Shown: positions 33,798-44,912, counted from the whole stretch's first letter. The stretch is 61,116 nucleotides of DNA, filler included, from 7 parts of 7 records of this genome joined end to end with filler, not necessarily neighbours in it, one strand, 5' to 3'. Program-made: numbers and translations. The notes: generated from the sequence alone by a model not told the origin.

Positions 33798-35357
33798 CTA
33801 CATCTCGCGGCACCCCGGCGACAGCTCGTCCTGACCGCAACAATTCCATCGGCCTCTCACTCTCAGCGTGGCGCCGCGCTCGAACTTCTCAGCCTCGGTT
33901 GTATCGTATATATGACTATCATCCTTCCAGTGTCTCAGCCCACCTATATCCTTGTCCCTACACCCGGATAACGTACTCTCCTGAGTGCACCACAGGCATC
34001 TGTACACTCCAGGGCTCTCGGCCTCACCACACGGTGACCCGCGCCCGCATCCGCACCACTTAACCTCTCGCTGCGCTGCAAGCACCGGCAGCATGTGCTC
34101 GTAGTAATCAGCATGCTCATCCATAGTCAGCTGGCTCTCCTCGTGATCGTCTGAGTTGGCTCGCTCGTACTCGGCCAGCGCCGCCTCACGCTCCGCCTGT
34201 GTCTGAGCAGCCAGCTCGAGCGGCGTAACCCCGTCCTGTGACGCTATATTCGGGTCGGCGTTGGCTGCGACAAGCATCTCTACGATCTCGGTATGGCCAT
34301 AGTACGCCGCCCGATGCAGCGCCGTGTGTCCTCTCCGATCTATCACCTCCAGCACAACCGACGTGTCCTCGCTGAGCATCTGGCGCATCCAGTCAACGTT
34401 ACCGGTCTTGGCGGCCTGCCAGACGCCGGACTCGTTTGCAAACACGACGCCGAGCTCGTCCCAGGTGGCGTCGGTGGCGGCACTGGTGAAGCAGTCAAAG
34501 CACGCTGGCACCCGGGGAATGAGGCGCGGCGGTTTGAGCAGATGCAGCACGATTAGTGTATACGATGCTGTGCTGGGAGGGTCACCGCAGTGGTAGGAGC
34601 GCATGCAGAGCTTGAAGCAGGGGTTGTTGAAGACCACCAGGCAGGGCATCATCGAGCACCTTCCCACACTCATCCCCTGTACAAGCACAATACTACTAGT
34701 ATACTGTAGTACTACTATACTGTACTATACAGTTACTGCACACCGTTCCTTCTTGCTCTCGTCCATGCCAAAGCAGGGCGCAACACACGCGATAGTAAAG
34801 TACGGCAAGCAGCACAGCACCTGCCGTTGTAATCCGTTAGCGCCCGCCGGGCCGCGCACCATGATAACAGTCACGATGGTACAGTCCAGCGGGCAATATA
34901 CCAAGCACATCGGGTTCCATCCCTCGTCCACGCAGCACACAGTCTCGTACGCCGCCCACTCCCACCAGCCCGGGTGGAACATCGGCCCAAACACAGCCTG
35001 CCTACTCGCCCGTAAATGCTCGCGCACTGCCCGCCCGGCTGCGACTGCCTCCGGGATCAGCTGCAGATGCACAATCGCGCCATCCGCCAGCCCCTGCGAA
35101 GCCAGAGAGCGCCCGTCCTCTAACGGCACTTCCCCCAGTCGGGCTGAGAGCTCCGGCTCGGCGGGTCGGACGTCGGCCAGCGCGGTGGGGTGCCGCTCGA
35201 CAAGCCGTTGCTTCATCTGGCCGCCTGTGGCGTCCGGCGGGCACGCGAGGCTGCCATGGAGCGGGGGCTCCTCCAGGTGGTACTCGAGCACGAGCTCCTC
35301 GCCCCCCTGCCAGCTCAGCGCCACCCCCGGCGACTCCGCCCGGTCGCCCGGTGCCAT
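33798..35357 (-). CDS. Ubiquitin-like + Cys-rich + ankyrin + Btk-type zinc motif protein
   Basis: Ubl (LEDGRSLASQGLADGAIVHL); 60-nt AT-rich intron near 34680-34740 fuses ORFs 34725..35381 and 33798..34688 in frame; GHTALHRAAYYGH ankyrin; C-terminal GRWNCCGQDELSPGC. Confidence 0.7.
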
Positions 35358-35378
35358 CAGGCAGCCTTGTTGGAGATT

Positions 35379-35396
35379 CAACGGAAGGATCCGTTA
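35379..35396. promoter_or_regulatory. Inverted pair of MYB-type YAACGGA sites in a bidirectional promoter
   Basis: CAACGGA-agga-TCCGTTA between divergent ATGs at 35357 and 35490. Confidence 0.55.
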
Positions 35397-35489
35397 CAGC
35401 GAGTCAAGCGGTGAGAAAAAAGAGCCGATTCATCCACATCGGGTGAAAGTTGGCTGTGAATCCCCGGTATTCATATCTCGCCGGGCACC

Positions 35490-37112
35490 ATGGCCAAGTG
35501 CGGCGCTATCCTCGGGCACTGCATCCGGTTCTGCGCGGCGCTGGCTGCGTTCATGTCCCTCGTCGGCGGTGAGCCCACCGGCCCGCCCCCCTGCTGACGG
35601 GGGTCTCCAGCCTCGGCGCACGTGCATCAACTGGTCAAGAAGTGGTGTGACTCGGACGTCTACGGCCAGGCCCCCTGCATCGGCACATGGCTCTTGTGCC
35701 GGAACGGGGCGCGGCGGCGCTGACTAGGAGGGTGGCAGTTGGAACGACAACGGTGAGATCAGCGATATCTGGGACGATGGCAAAACCGAGCAAATCGATG
35801 GCACTGACATTTATTATGGCAACACGTATTTCCAGGGTAATTATGGCTCGGTGTTCACGGTTGTGCCTCAAGATTTCCTCGTCCGATGGGGCCCAATGTG
35901 CTCAACCGGATTGGTTAGGGGCTGAGCGGTAGGATTGTGCAGGCTGCTCTCGATCTTGGCTCTCGTGGAACATATCGCCCCAATGAGGACTGGCTTGCCG
36001 TTCAAATCTCCGGGCGGAATGTGCCTCTTCCACCTTTTCATGGGCTTGTTCGTCAACTTCACTTGCGGTTCGCCGGCACAGCCGGTCCACTTGACCCGGC
36101 GGCAGGTGGCAACTGGGGCATCTTGGCCGCGATGATCTGCTTCATCGTCTCTTTGCTGGCTTTTATTGCAATTTTCCTCAAGTCAGCTCATCACGAGCCG
36201 CTCACATACGGATATATGAAGGAAACATACAAGTGTGTCACTGGCATGTTTGGCCGGCCAGCGGCGGAAGGTGGATGCTGATGTGCAAGAGCGATAAGGC
36301 CTGCAAGATCCTCGGGATGATCATGAAGGTGGCTGCGCCGGTTGGTTGCTCTCAGCAAGGGCAGATTTCAAGTCTGATCTCAGCTTTTCTTATCTTCCTG
36401 GTGGGGGCTTTCCACGTTTTCAACCAGGTCATGCCGCTCTCTCGCTCGACTGACCACTTTGGTGAAGATCGAAACGTGGTGCGAGAACACCACCAACAAC
36501 GATACGTACTCGTGCTTCGGTCCTTGGATCTACTGGTACAACGAAGATTTCTTCAAGGCGCCCTTTTAGCCCCGACACAACTGACCCCAGCCCAGGAGCA
36601 CTATAACTGCTACGCAGAGCTTCCACATTGTGCCTCGCTGTATGGCTCTACGTTCACCCTGGACCCGACCAAGCTTTTCGGCATCTGGTTTCCGATGTGA
36701 CCCGTCGCCCACTGGCCGATTCTGATCCGTGCTGGTGGCAGCTTTTGCGGCCTGCTTGCAATTGCAGAGCACATCAAGTGCATCGCCCCCGGGTACGCCA
36801 CAAGGCCGGTTTCTTCCTTCTGGTTCCACTTTCTCTGCATCTTCTTCATCTGCTGGCCATGCGGTGCGCCCCCGTCTGATAGTATATCCCTGAGAGAGCT
36901 GGCATGAAGCTGGAAACTTTGGAATTGTGGTCGGATTCCTCCTGATGTTCCCTGCACTGATCGCGTTCCTGATGATCTTTGCTTGCGCTGGCTGCAAGGA
37001 CTGCAAAACAGTGTATGCATTCGGCCCGAGTAAGGTCAGCTGGGTCGAGCACTCAACCTCTGAGCACGATGGACACGAATACCATACTGTCGAGAAGGTG
37101 CAGACACCATGA
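35490..37112 (+). CDS. Uncharacterised multi-pass membrane protein made of two homologous halves, about 10 introns
   Basis: Spliced halves share WC...C(I/F)GxW..W, YGS(V/T)FT..P, LA(L/I)xEHI and CxGN(W/F)GI motifs. Confidence 0.65.
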
Positions 37113-37465
37113 GCTTGTGGTGCGGAGGCTTGAGTTGACCTGGCAGGTTGAAGTCGAGCGAGGACATGTGAAGAAGTCCAAGCACACCAAATCGTATCAA
37201 GGCTAGACTCGTCAACCCGTTCTGCAGTACTCCAGATTATTTGAAATGGGCCAGGCTGCGTTGCTGCATGTGGTGTAACCAACAAGGACTTTGACTCCTC
37301 GTACAGTCCTCATAATTCATAAGATTTGTAACCATCTTTGTAGCTCTGATTTCTGGGTCTCCGATGAACGAGGCTAGAAATCAGTTATCTAATAAAATAT
37401 TCAAGCACGAAACATCCCTCAATATGAGTGACACTAGGATTTAATGATGAACCACTTCTATGAAT

Positions 37466-38737
37466 CTAGAAGTCGTAAGACGAAGAAGACGACCCATAAG
37501 AGTGATAAGACGCCGGTATGCTCGAAAACTCACTGCTTGGACGGCCAATGATAAGATTCGGCGAACTTGGCTGCTTGGACGCCCCTTCCTTCGGCGAACT
37601 TGGCTGCTTGGATGGAGCACACCATCTCATTTGCCGAAGCACGTTCTTGGTGGCTCCTCTTTCAATAACCGGCTGCCAGTCCTTGAGGCCTTCACCAATT
37701 GAAATCGGTCTGCTCCGACTCTTGGCCCGCCTGGTCGCCGCCCAGCCACGGCCTTTGACCCAGTTGCTCCCTGTGGCAGTCTCCGGTCCTGTGTGGAAGG
37801 CACAGCCGGCCCCGGCAGGTCCAAAGCCAACTGGACCGAAGCAGGACTCTTCGGACGGCGAATAGCTGTACGGCCGCGGCCGCGAAGACGGCCCATCCGA
37901 GATCTTGTCACCGGGCAAAATGCTGAAGCAAGACGTCTCCGAAGGAGAGTACGCAGCCCCGGAAGGAGGAGCGGCCCCGCCTACCTGGCTCCAAGCCCGG
38001 CTGGAGACTCCGGCGTATCGGCGGTTCTGGTCCACCCGCTGCTGCCGGAACGCGGCGGCCAGCTGCTCGGAGGACACCGGGGCGTTCTCCTCGCCCTCGG
38101 CCTCCTCGTCCATGAACCGAGCGAGCTCCTGTTCATGGGCTTGCCATGTGAGGGCGACCAGGAAAGGTACCTCGCTGGCCAGGAACTTGGCAAACGGCTC
38201 CTGGAGCTGCTCCATCCCGGCGGCCAGCAGTGCGACCACCGCCCCGTTACTCACCTGCCGCCACGGCCCCGTCACAGCTCGGTTCAAGCCGGGAGGGGGC
38301 CTGGTGGTTGTAGCTCGGCATGGGAAAGGCCGGGGAGCCCAGCCCGAAGTGGTCGGGCGCGCCGGGCAGGAGATACTTGTGCATCAGTCCGTTGGTGAGC
38401 TCGGCTTCCTTGGGCCCACCGTGGTGCCGAACGCATCGGGACGCATCAAAGCAGAAGTTGAGCAGGCTTTGCTTCTGCGGGGCACCCCCCTTGTCTTCGA
38501 GCCCGGCAACGTACTGTCCAGACCGGTCAGGGCCGCCCCCCGGGGCCTGGCCACTCGGCAGAAATGGGCAAACCCGAGCGCGTTGTCGAGGATGGCGGGG
38601 AGGCTGGTTGGGGCCGGCGGGTCGGCGGCTTGGACCAGGCCTTCGTTGGTCTTCTTCCAGTGAACGTTCCGGGGCGGGCGGGGCGGCTGGGAGGCGGGCG
38701 GGGAGGCGGCAGGTGTCTCGAGATGGACCGACGGCAT
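37466..38737 (-). CDS. RGS (regulator of G-protein signalling)-like domain protein with low-complexity C-terminus; two introns (second GC-AG, 38255-38300)
   Basis: Spliced SLPAILDNALGFAHFCR|YV...LLNFCFDA...LMHKYLLPGAP...EQLQEPFAKFLASE resembles the RGS helix pattern. Confidence 0.65.
37557..37612. repeat. Coding tandem repeat, period 33 (SKQPSSP x2)
   Basis: ttcggcgaacttggctgcttgga at 37557 and 37590. Confidence 0.9.
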
Positions 38738-38807
38738 GTGTGCGGAGGGAGCGACGCGTCTCTCTCTCTTAACATCCCGAGCCGATTCACTCTGGTAACC
38801 GAGCGCT

Positions 38808-38827
38808 TCCGTTATAAAAGTCCGTTG
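38808..38827. promoter_or_regulatory. Tandem MYB-type TCCGTTR sites in a bidirectional promoter
   Basis: TCCGTTA 38808 and TCCGTTG 38821 between divergent ATGs at 38737 and 38841. Confidence 0.55.
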
Positions 38828-38840
38828 CCAGCGGCTCGCC

Positions 38841-40092
38841 ATGCGCCGTCTCTTCGGCCAGCTAGCGCTCGGCCAGCACCGGCGGTGGTGCAGCTCGGTA
38901 GCCGGTCCGGACGTGGCGCACCAGGCGCGCGGGGCGCTGGCCACCGCCGGGTACGTGGCGGCTGGGGCGGCGCTGGGGGCGGCCGGTGGGCTCTATGTCG
39001 GCTACGGACTCGGTGAGTTCCGGGATGCGACTCGTCGGGCCTGAGCCTCACCCCCGGCCAGGTCAGCGGCTGGCCAAGCACGACGCGGGGGTGGGGTACC
39101 AGAATTACAAGCAGACCATGGGTGCCCGGGCCCGGGCCCGGGGCAGACGGCCGGCAGGGGCCCGACTGGACAAAACTGTCGGCGAGGACGACCTGGCCAA
39201 ACTGATGGCCGACGAGAGGGTTTCGAGTGCCTTCTCGCCCAAGGAGGTCAAGATGCTGATGTCTGTGCTGCCCAAGTGGGCGGCCGCGAGGGTGGCGGTT
39301 GGGATTGGACGGGCGGCAGGTGGGACGTCACACTGTGGGAGTTCCAGACGGCGCTGAACAAGTTAGAGTCGGCGCCTCTGCATTGGAAGGCGTTTATACT
39401 ACTGGGCCGGGGGTGATTAGGTGGTAGGTGCCCGAGGCTGTGAACCAGACAATGGACAAACTTCATCGCCCACACGTGATGAAGCAAGGCCGTGAAGAAT
39501 TCCACAAAGCGCGCCAAATCAAAACGGACGAAGCGATCAAACTGTACAAGTTATTCGACCTGGACGATAACGGAAAAGTGAACGCCAACGAGATTATCAC
39601 AGTGTTCGCCGTCTTCTGCAACGGAACCGACAGGCAGAAGGCGGAGATGATGTTTCAGCTGTGGGATCATGACGGTCTTAATTAACTAGTCTGAACTCGA
39701 CTCGAGCTTAGAATCGAGCATAGAGTTAATATACTGGGCCAGGTGACGGCAAAGTGAGTCGCAAGGAGATGCGGGAAGCCTACAAGAAGCTTCATCCGGC
39801 GACGAACAAAGTTGCAAAGACCGGCTACGCTGCCGCGTTTGTGTCGGCGTTTTTCAATATATGCGATAAAGAGAAGGACGGGCTGGTGACTCGAGATCAG
39901 TTTGTTGAGGAGTTTGGGAACAAAAAGATGAAGGCGATTCTCAAACTGATGTGCGCACGGCCCGATCGAGTCGACGGATTGACTCGGGATGGCAGGCACG
40001 ACGATCAGTACCGGAAGTTCCTAAACAAGGAAGATTTCCCGGAGATGGCGCGATGTTTGACCGAAGCTTACACAGAAAGCCGAGCTCGGTGA
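38841..40092 (+). CDS. EF-hand protein with a mitochondrial-type presequence and TM segment; about 6 introns
   Basis: MRRLFGQLALGQHRRWCSS presequence; EF loops FDLDDNGKVNANE, WDHD|GDGKVSRKE and CDKEKDGLVTRDQF. Confidence 0.8.
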
Positions 40093-40400
40093 CCGGACGA
40101 TTGGTCGTTGTTAGATAGAAGTATCCGGGGCGGCGGTCGATCGACAGCGACCGACGAGCCGTAGTCGTACGAACTCGTACTCGTATAATTATAGAGGATT
40201 TATATAGGATTTATAGAGGACTGGTATCTGTGGCAGTGTCGTAGAGGCAAGGATCGATTACATGTCGATTATCTAGATCGATTCAACAATTCTCAATGCA
40301 CGTTATTTTACAAGTACATGACATTGTATTAATAACGCTTGACGAAAGGGCGGCCGAACAAGTTAGCCAGTCAAACGAGTCAATTAAGCTGTGGCTGTAG

Positions 40401-42176
40401 CTAAGCGTTTGCTGAGCTTGCGAGCTTGCTGCGAGCTCGCACCACGACAGCTTCGTCCGCCGCAAGACGCAAGGCACACGCGGCACCACAACAGCTGGCG
40501 CGGGTCACGCTGGAATGTGCTTCCACGATATCAACGCAGCTATTGTGAGTCGATGGATCGAGCGCCACCACGACAGATGCTTGATTGGGGTTCCAAAGCA
40601 AGAACGTCGGCCCATGCTCCGAGCCGGCCGAGGGATGGAAGTCAACGGCTCCGATATCTAGCTGCAGCACATTCGACACGTTCGTACGACGGACGACGGC
40701 GCCCAGTGCCGCAATAAAGTTTCCGCCGTACATGCCTTGAGAGCAATACTCTCCGAGACCCTGCGGCCCCCCATTGGCGTCGGTCTGTCCGAAAGGCCCA
40801 TACGAGTTGCCGTGCAGACACTTACCGGTGTTGCGGTCGAAATCGCACTTGCGACAAGACTCATAAGCCATCACGCGGTGCGGATCGTACTTAAGCCCCG
40901 TGGTGCTATTGCTGAGCTGCCGGGTGAGCTCCGCATTCAAAAAGAATCGCGACGACGAGGCCAGATGCAGAATCCACTTTGCGATCGCTCTGCTAAATTG
41001 GGGAATGTATCGTGGCACTGGAGCGAGCGCCAAAAGCCACCAGTACGTATTGCCACTGAAGGCGTATCCGCCACCATCCAGCGTGGAGCCAATGATCCCG
41101 GACACTGAGTCGGAGCCCCACGTGTCGCTGATCATGCCCCAGCCGCGACGGTACTCCGAGTCTAGGCCATCCCCCAGGCTCTGACTGAGCAGCATAGTAA
41201 CGTTCCAGTTGTGCCCGAGCTCTGAGTTCAGTCTAGCAGCAGCCAGCGCCCCGTAAGGCAGCAGAGTCTCGTAAAGCCCGTTGATAGGGTATAAATCGTG
41301 CAGGTACTGCAGGCACACCCTGGCCGCCTCAATCATCCCCGGCTCAGCCTCGTCCGCAGCGGCCAGACTGCCGTGCTTGAACACAGCTGTTACCACAATA
41401 AGGTAGGCATAGCCCGCAGCCCCGTCCTGCTCGCGCCATTGGGTTGGCGAAATCGGCCGCATCGAGCTCAGATTGAACCCGGTGAAGTTGAAGTCGCCGT
41501 TGGGGTACGCTCTCACAATCTTAGGCCACCACTCTGCCGCGCTGAGCATTGCGGTCTGCATCGACCGCTCCACTGCAGCAGGGGCCAGCCGGGCCCCGTT
41601 GTACGTGTAGTTCACAAGGTGCGAGAAGAATATATTCGGCGCCAGCCAGTACCAAATGCTCCTCGCTACCCCCGGCGAGTCCAGGTACCCCGGGTTGTCG
41701 CGCACCAGCCCCAGCCGGCTGACGTAACACAGTCCTGCGGTCGCGTAGTTAGCGGTACGATTACGCCGCATCGGCGCGCCCCGGTCCAGCCGAAGCAGTG
41801 CGGTCCCAAGCAGGGCGCCAAGCTGGGTGAGGCTCTCGCCCATCGCCGGCGGGCCGGTGCCGCCTTCAGGGCACGTGGGGCTCTCCTGAGTGCACGGCAT
41901 CCTGTTGAGCCCGGCGTTCCCGGGCATAGCCCACACCCAGGCGCCGGGGCAGGTGCGGTACTGCGACCGGCCCTCGCAGATCACACCGAGCCGCTCGGCG
42001 TCCGCGGCCTGTTCACCGAAGAAGTAGCGCTGCTGCCCGACCGCGTACCCCCGCCAGTCTACGACCCGGAAATTGGCGGGCACGTTGGGGAGCGAGGACA
42101 CTCGCGGGATGGGCACTTGGGTGCCCCGCGTTCCCGACAAGCGAACAGCACACAGCAACACCGCGAGCAGTCGCAT
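40401..42176 (-). CDS. Secreted, intronless, bacterial-type uncharacterised protein (putative carbohydrate-active enzyme)
   Basis: Signal peptide MRLLAVLLCAV; motifs IPRVSSLPNVP, YETLLPYGALAAARLNSELG, DGGGYAF, FSRAIAKW, MAYE and PTFLLWNP recall hypothetical proteins of bacterial polysaccharide loci (recall only, not searched). Confidence 0.6.
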   Translation of the reverse strand: MRLLAVLLCAVRLSGTRGTQVPIPRVSSLPNVPANFRVVDWRGYAVGQQRYFFGEQAADAERLGVICEGRSQYRTCPGAWVWAMPGNAGLNRMPCTQESPTCPEGGTGPPAMGESLTQLGALLGTALLRLDRGAPMRRNRTANYATAGLCYVSRLGLVRDNPGYLDSPGVARSIWYWLAPNIFFSHLVNYTYNGARLAPAAVERSMQTAMLSAAEWWPKIVRAYPNGDFNFTGFNLSSMRPISPTQWREQDGAAGYAYLIVVTAVFKHGSLAAADEAEPGMIEAARVCLQYLHDLYPINGLYETLLPYGALAAARLNSELGHNWNVTMLLSQSLGDGLDSEYRRGWGMISDTWGSDSVSGIIGSTLDGGGYAFSGNTYWWLLALAPVPRYIPQFSRAIAKWILHLASSSRFFLNAELTRQLSNSTTGLKYDPHRVMAYESCRKCDFDRNTGKCLHGNSYGPFGQTDANGGPQGLGEYCSQGMYGGNFIAALGAVVRRTNVSNVLQLDIGAVDFHPSAGSEHGPTFLLWNPNQASVVVALDPSTHNSCVDIVEAHSSVTRASCCGAACALRLAADEAVVVRARSKLASSANA

Positions 42177-42235
42177 CGACTATGACACCATCGACTGATT
42201 TTGAGAAGGTTGCTGGGCGGATTGTGTGGCTGCAA

Positions 42236-43864
42236 ATGGTTGCGTGGACCCGACGAGTGCTCGGCTTGCTGCTGGCCGTGGGCGCCGGCGGGTTCCTGTT
42301 CCCGGAGAGCCGGTACGCGTACGACAGCTGGCTGTACCACCGCTCCGGCTCCTGGTTTGCCTTCTTCATCGCCGGGGTAGTCCCAAACCGGGAGGGCGGC
42401 AACTGGGACCACGTTGCCGCCGCCCGCTCGGCCGATGCGGTGCACTTTGCACCCACCGGTCCGGCGGTCCACATGCCTCCTCCGATTGGGCGAGATCAGA
42501 CCGACTGGGTGGGCTCCGGCGCCGTGTGGCCGCTGATTGGAGCGAACCGCTCGCAGACCGGCGAGTTAGTGATTAACTACTCCGGGGCCTACTCGCGCAA
42601 CAACACCTGGCACGGGGCGATCGACTACCAGCGGATATACTTCGCGACCAGCGCCGACCTGGTGCGCTGGACTCCAAAGCCGTCGGCCACCTTCCCCATC
42701 GATGGCCGCTGGTACAATGATACAGAGTGTTGCGTCATGCGCTGGGACTGCATGACCGTGGTGTGCGAGGACGGGCGTTCGCCACCTGATCAGTGCACCG
42801 CCGGGTACTACGGTGTCTTCACGGCCTCCCCGCTCCCGACTTGCCCGAGCTGCCCTGATGACAAAGCAGGGTATGGACTGGCCCACAGCGAGGACGGGTT
42901 GGACTGGGAGGCGCTGCCACCACTCACCCAGGGAACGCTGGGTAGTCGCTGGCCGCAGGCAGCCCGACTCCCCGGGGGCGAGGTGGGCTCGGTGAGCTTG
43001 CTGGCTGGGCGCACGTACATTCATGCCAATGGAAGCTCGGTGCTGATGGCTGATGACGTGTTTGGCCCTTACTCTCTGCAGACCACTAACCCGATGCTGC
43101 TCAACCCACCTGTGTTAGGTTCTAATTTATGCACCAACGCTGCGTGCTCGAGTTTCGCTCGTATTTGGGACGTTGTGACCGCCGCTGGCCGGGTGGCCCT
43201 CTTGACTAACACTCGTAACGTTGGCGGGCACACGGCTTGGTTCGACATCCTCAAGCTGATCGAGCCGACACCCAACGGCACACTGTACGCAAAGTGGTGG
43301 CCAGGCAATGAGCAGGCGCTCAGAGGCCGCCGGCTGGCTATCTCTTCAGCTCGGTCACTCTCGGGGTTCAGTCTTGTCGATTGGGACATCACAGCGGGGC
43401 TTATGGTAGACGTGGCCCTGCCAGGCCGGCCAGACCGGTGTGTGGGCTTCATGGTGGCGAACGGCAGTTCCACCGGCTGGGTGGGATGCTGGCTCACAAG
43501 TGAGCAAGGAGGGCTGGTTGGGGCGGTGGAGCTCCACCGGTCATCTTACCGCTGGCAGTATGCTCCGATTAGAATCGAGCGGGGGCTCACCTTTGATTCC
43601 AAAACACCTCTGGCTTTACGGTTGCTAATGCGCACAGTGCCTGAATCGGTGGCGCCGCCAACCAGCGATTTTCCGCACAAGCCCGGGAACCACACTTTGC
43701 TTGAGATCTATGTGAACGATTACCTGCTGGCGATTTGGACCTTGAGCAACGCATCAGGCAGAGTTGGGCTGGTCGGCCGAGCCAGCAGCAGCTCCGTGGA
43801 GTCGTGCGTTGGGTGCTCAGCTTGGGCGATGAGCTTCCCGGCGATGGACGCCGCGCCCCAGTGA
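42236..43864 (+). CDS. Secreted, intronless five-bladed beta-propeller glycoside hydrolase (GH32/clan J-like)
   Basis: Signal peptide MVAWTRRVLGLLLAVGAG; YDSWLY, ARSADAVHF, WVGSGAVW, ATSADLVRW, RWDC and AHSEDGLDW; C-terminal LLEIYVND beta-sandwich; alternative start at 42182. Confidence 0.75.
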   Translation: MVAWTRRVLGLLLAVGAGGFLFPESRYAYDSWLYHRSGSWFAFFIAGVVPNREGGNWDHVAAARSADAVHFAPTGPAVHMPPPIGRDQTDWVGSGAVWPLIGANRSQTGELVINYSGAYSRNNTWHGAIDYQRIYFATSADLVRWTPKPSATFPIDGRWYNDTECCVMRWDCMTVVCEDGRSPPDQCTAGYYGVFTASPLPTCPSCPDDKAGYGLAHSEDGLDWEALPPLTQGTLGSRWPQAARLPGGEVGSVSLLAGRTYIHANGSSVLMADDVFGPYSLQTTNPMLLNPPVLGSNLCTNAACSSFARIWDVVTAAGRVALLTNTRNVGGHTAWFDILKLIEPTPNGTLYAKWWPGNEQALRGRRLAISSARSLSGFSLVDWDITAGLMVDVALPGRPDRCVGFMVANGSSTGWVGCWLTSEQGGLVGAVELHRSSYRWQYAPIRIERGLTFDSKTPLALRLLMRTVPESVAPPTSDFPHKPGNHTLLEIYVNDYLLAIWTLSNASGRVGLVGRASSSSVESCVGCSAWAMSFPAMDAAPQ

Positions 43865-43956
43865 TGAGCTCCTGACTTCCATCTACGTATGCTTCGTACG
43901 AGTACTCGTATATGTAAAGTAACATTGATTTCATTTGAAACGAAAGTTAGTTATGA

Positions 43957-44778
43957 TTACGCTAGCTCCAGCTTTTCAATGATAGTGCGCTTTTCCTGAC
44001 CGTCATGCCGAATCACAAAATAGGCCCGCCCGGCGGTCCGATCGATGTCCACCAGCTCCACCATATCGCCATAGTACAGCACCTGACTGCCGACTTTGAT
44101 GAACCGCTCCTTCTGCTCATTCTGAAAGTACTCCACCTGCTTGCCAGGAACCAGCGTAACTCCGTCGGTTATACCGGCCTGCTCCACAGTGCCCTCCATA
44201 CTCACCCGGACGGGCCGGCTATACCCGCCCGTGTCTGTATGCGCGTACCACGACTGGCCGACCATATTGGCCAGCCGGCCACGATCGGTCTCCCGCGACA
44301 CCTTCCGTACCCCCCGCGCCAGCATGGCGTGCACCGGCTCCCCGGCCCACACGCGCACTTTATCCGGCCCGGAGCCCACCATCCGGAACCCGCTGACCCC
44401 GTAGAACTCTACATGAATGCTGGATTGAGGCCAACTGAGCTCGACAACCGCCTCGGGGCACACTCCATACTGCTCCAGGGTGTTCGAGTCATCCAGCACG
44501 GTCCCGCTGAATTCGAGCGTGGCCACCGACGGCGGGGGCAGCTCCTCGGGCTGCCGGTCGAAAAGGTGCGCCTTAAGGTGCCCCGCGGTCCACTGAGGGC
44601 GCGCCTCCACCGCCAGCTCGTCCCCGTTGTGTAGCCGCACCTGGAGCGGGAGCGGGGGCCCGGAGGAGGGGGCGGGCGGGAGCGCGCTGGGCAGCCCGTG
44701 CCCGGAGAGGTCCACCGCTGGCGGCGGCGGCGTCCGGAATATTTGCTCCTCCGGCCCGCTGCTCCCGCCACACCCCAT
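43957..44778 (-). CDS. Ubiquitin-like domain protein with N-terminal MGCGGS lipidation motif
   Basis: LQVRLHNGDELAVE...TAGHLKAHL...LEFSGTVLDDSNTLEQYGV is Ubl-like. Confidence 0.75.
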   Translation of the reverse strand: MGCGGSSGPEEQIFRTPPPPAVDLSGHGLPSALPPAPSSGPPLPLQVRLHNGDELAVEARPQWTAGHLKAHLFDRQPEELPPPSVATLEFSGTVLDDSNTLEQYGVCPEAVVELSWPQSSIHVEFYGVSGFRMVGSGPDKVRVWAGEPVHAMLARGVRKVSRETDRGRLANMVGQSWYAHTDTGGYSRPVRVSMEGTVEQAGITDGVTLVPGKQVEYFQNEQKERFIKVGSQVLYYGDMVELVDIDRTAGRAYFVIRHDGQEKRTIIEKLELA

Positions 44779-44912
44779 GATGATGAACTCCGGCTTTAGA
44801 TCTATAACGGACATTCTCCGGTGACTTCAGCATGGCTGCCGGGCTGCAGCTCGCACTCTACTCGGCAGTCTCGTGCGTCAACCTGTGCCCCCCCCCCCCC
44901 CCCCCCCCCCCC

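Noticed and set aside
44888-44912. 25-nt poly-C run
   Set aside because: Lies at a contig end; probably a sequencing or assembly artefact, or a simple homopolymer that broke the assembly
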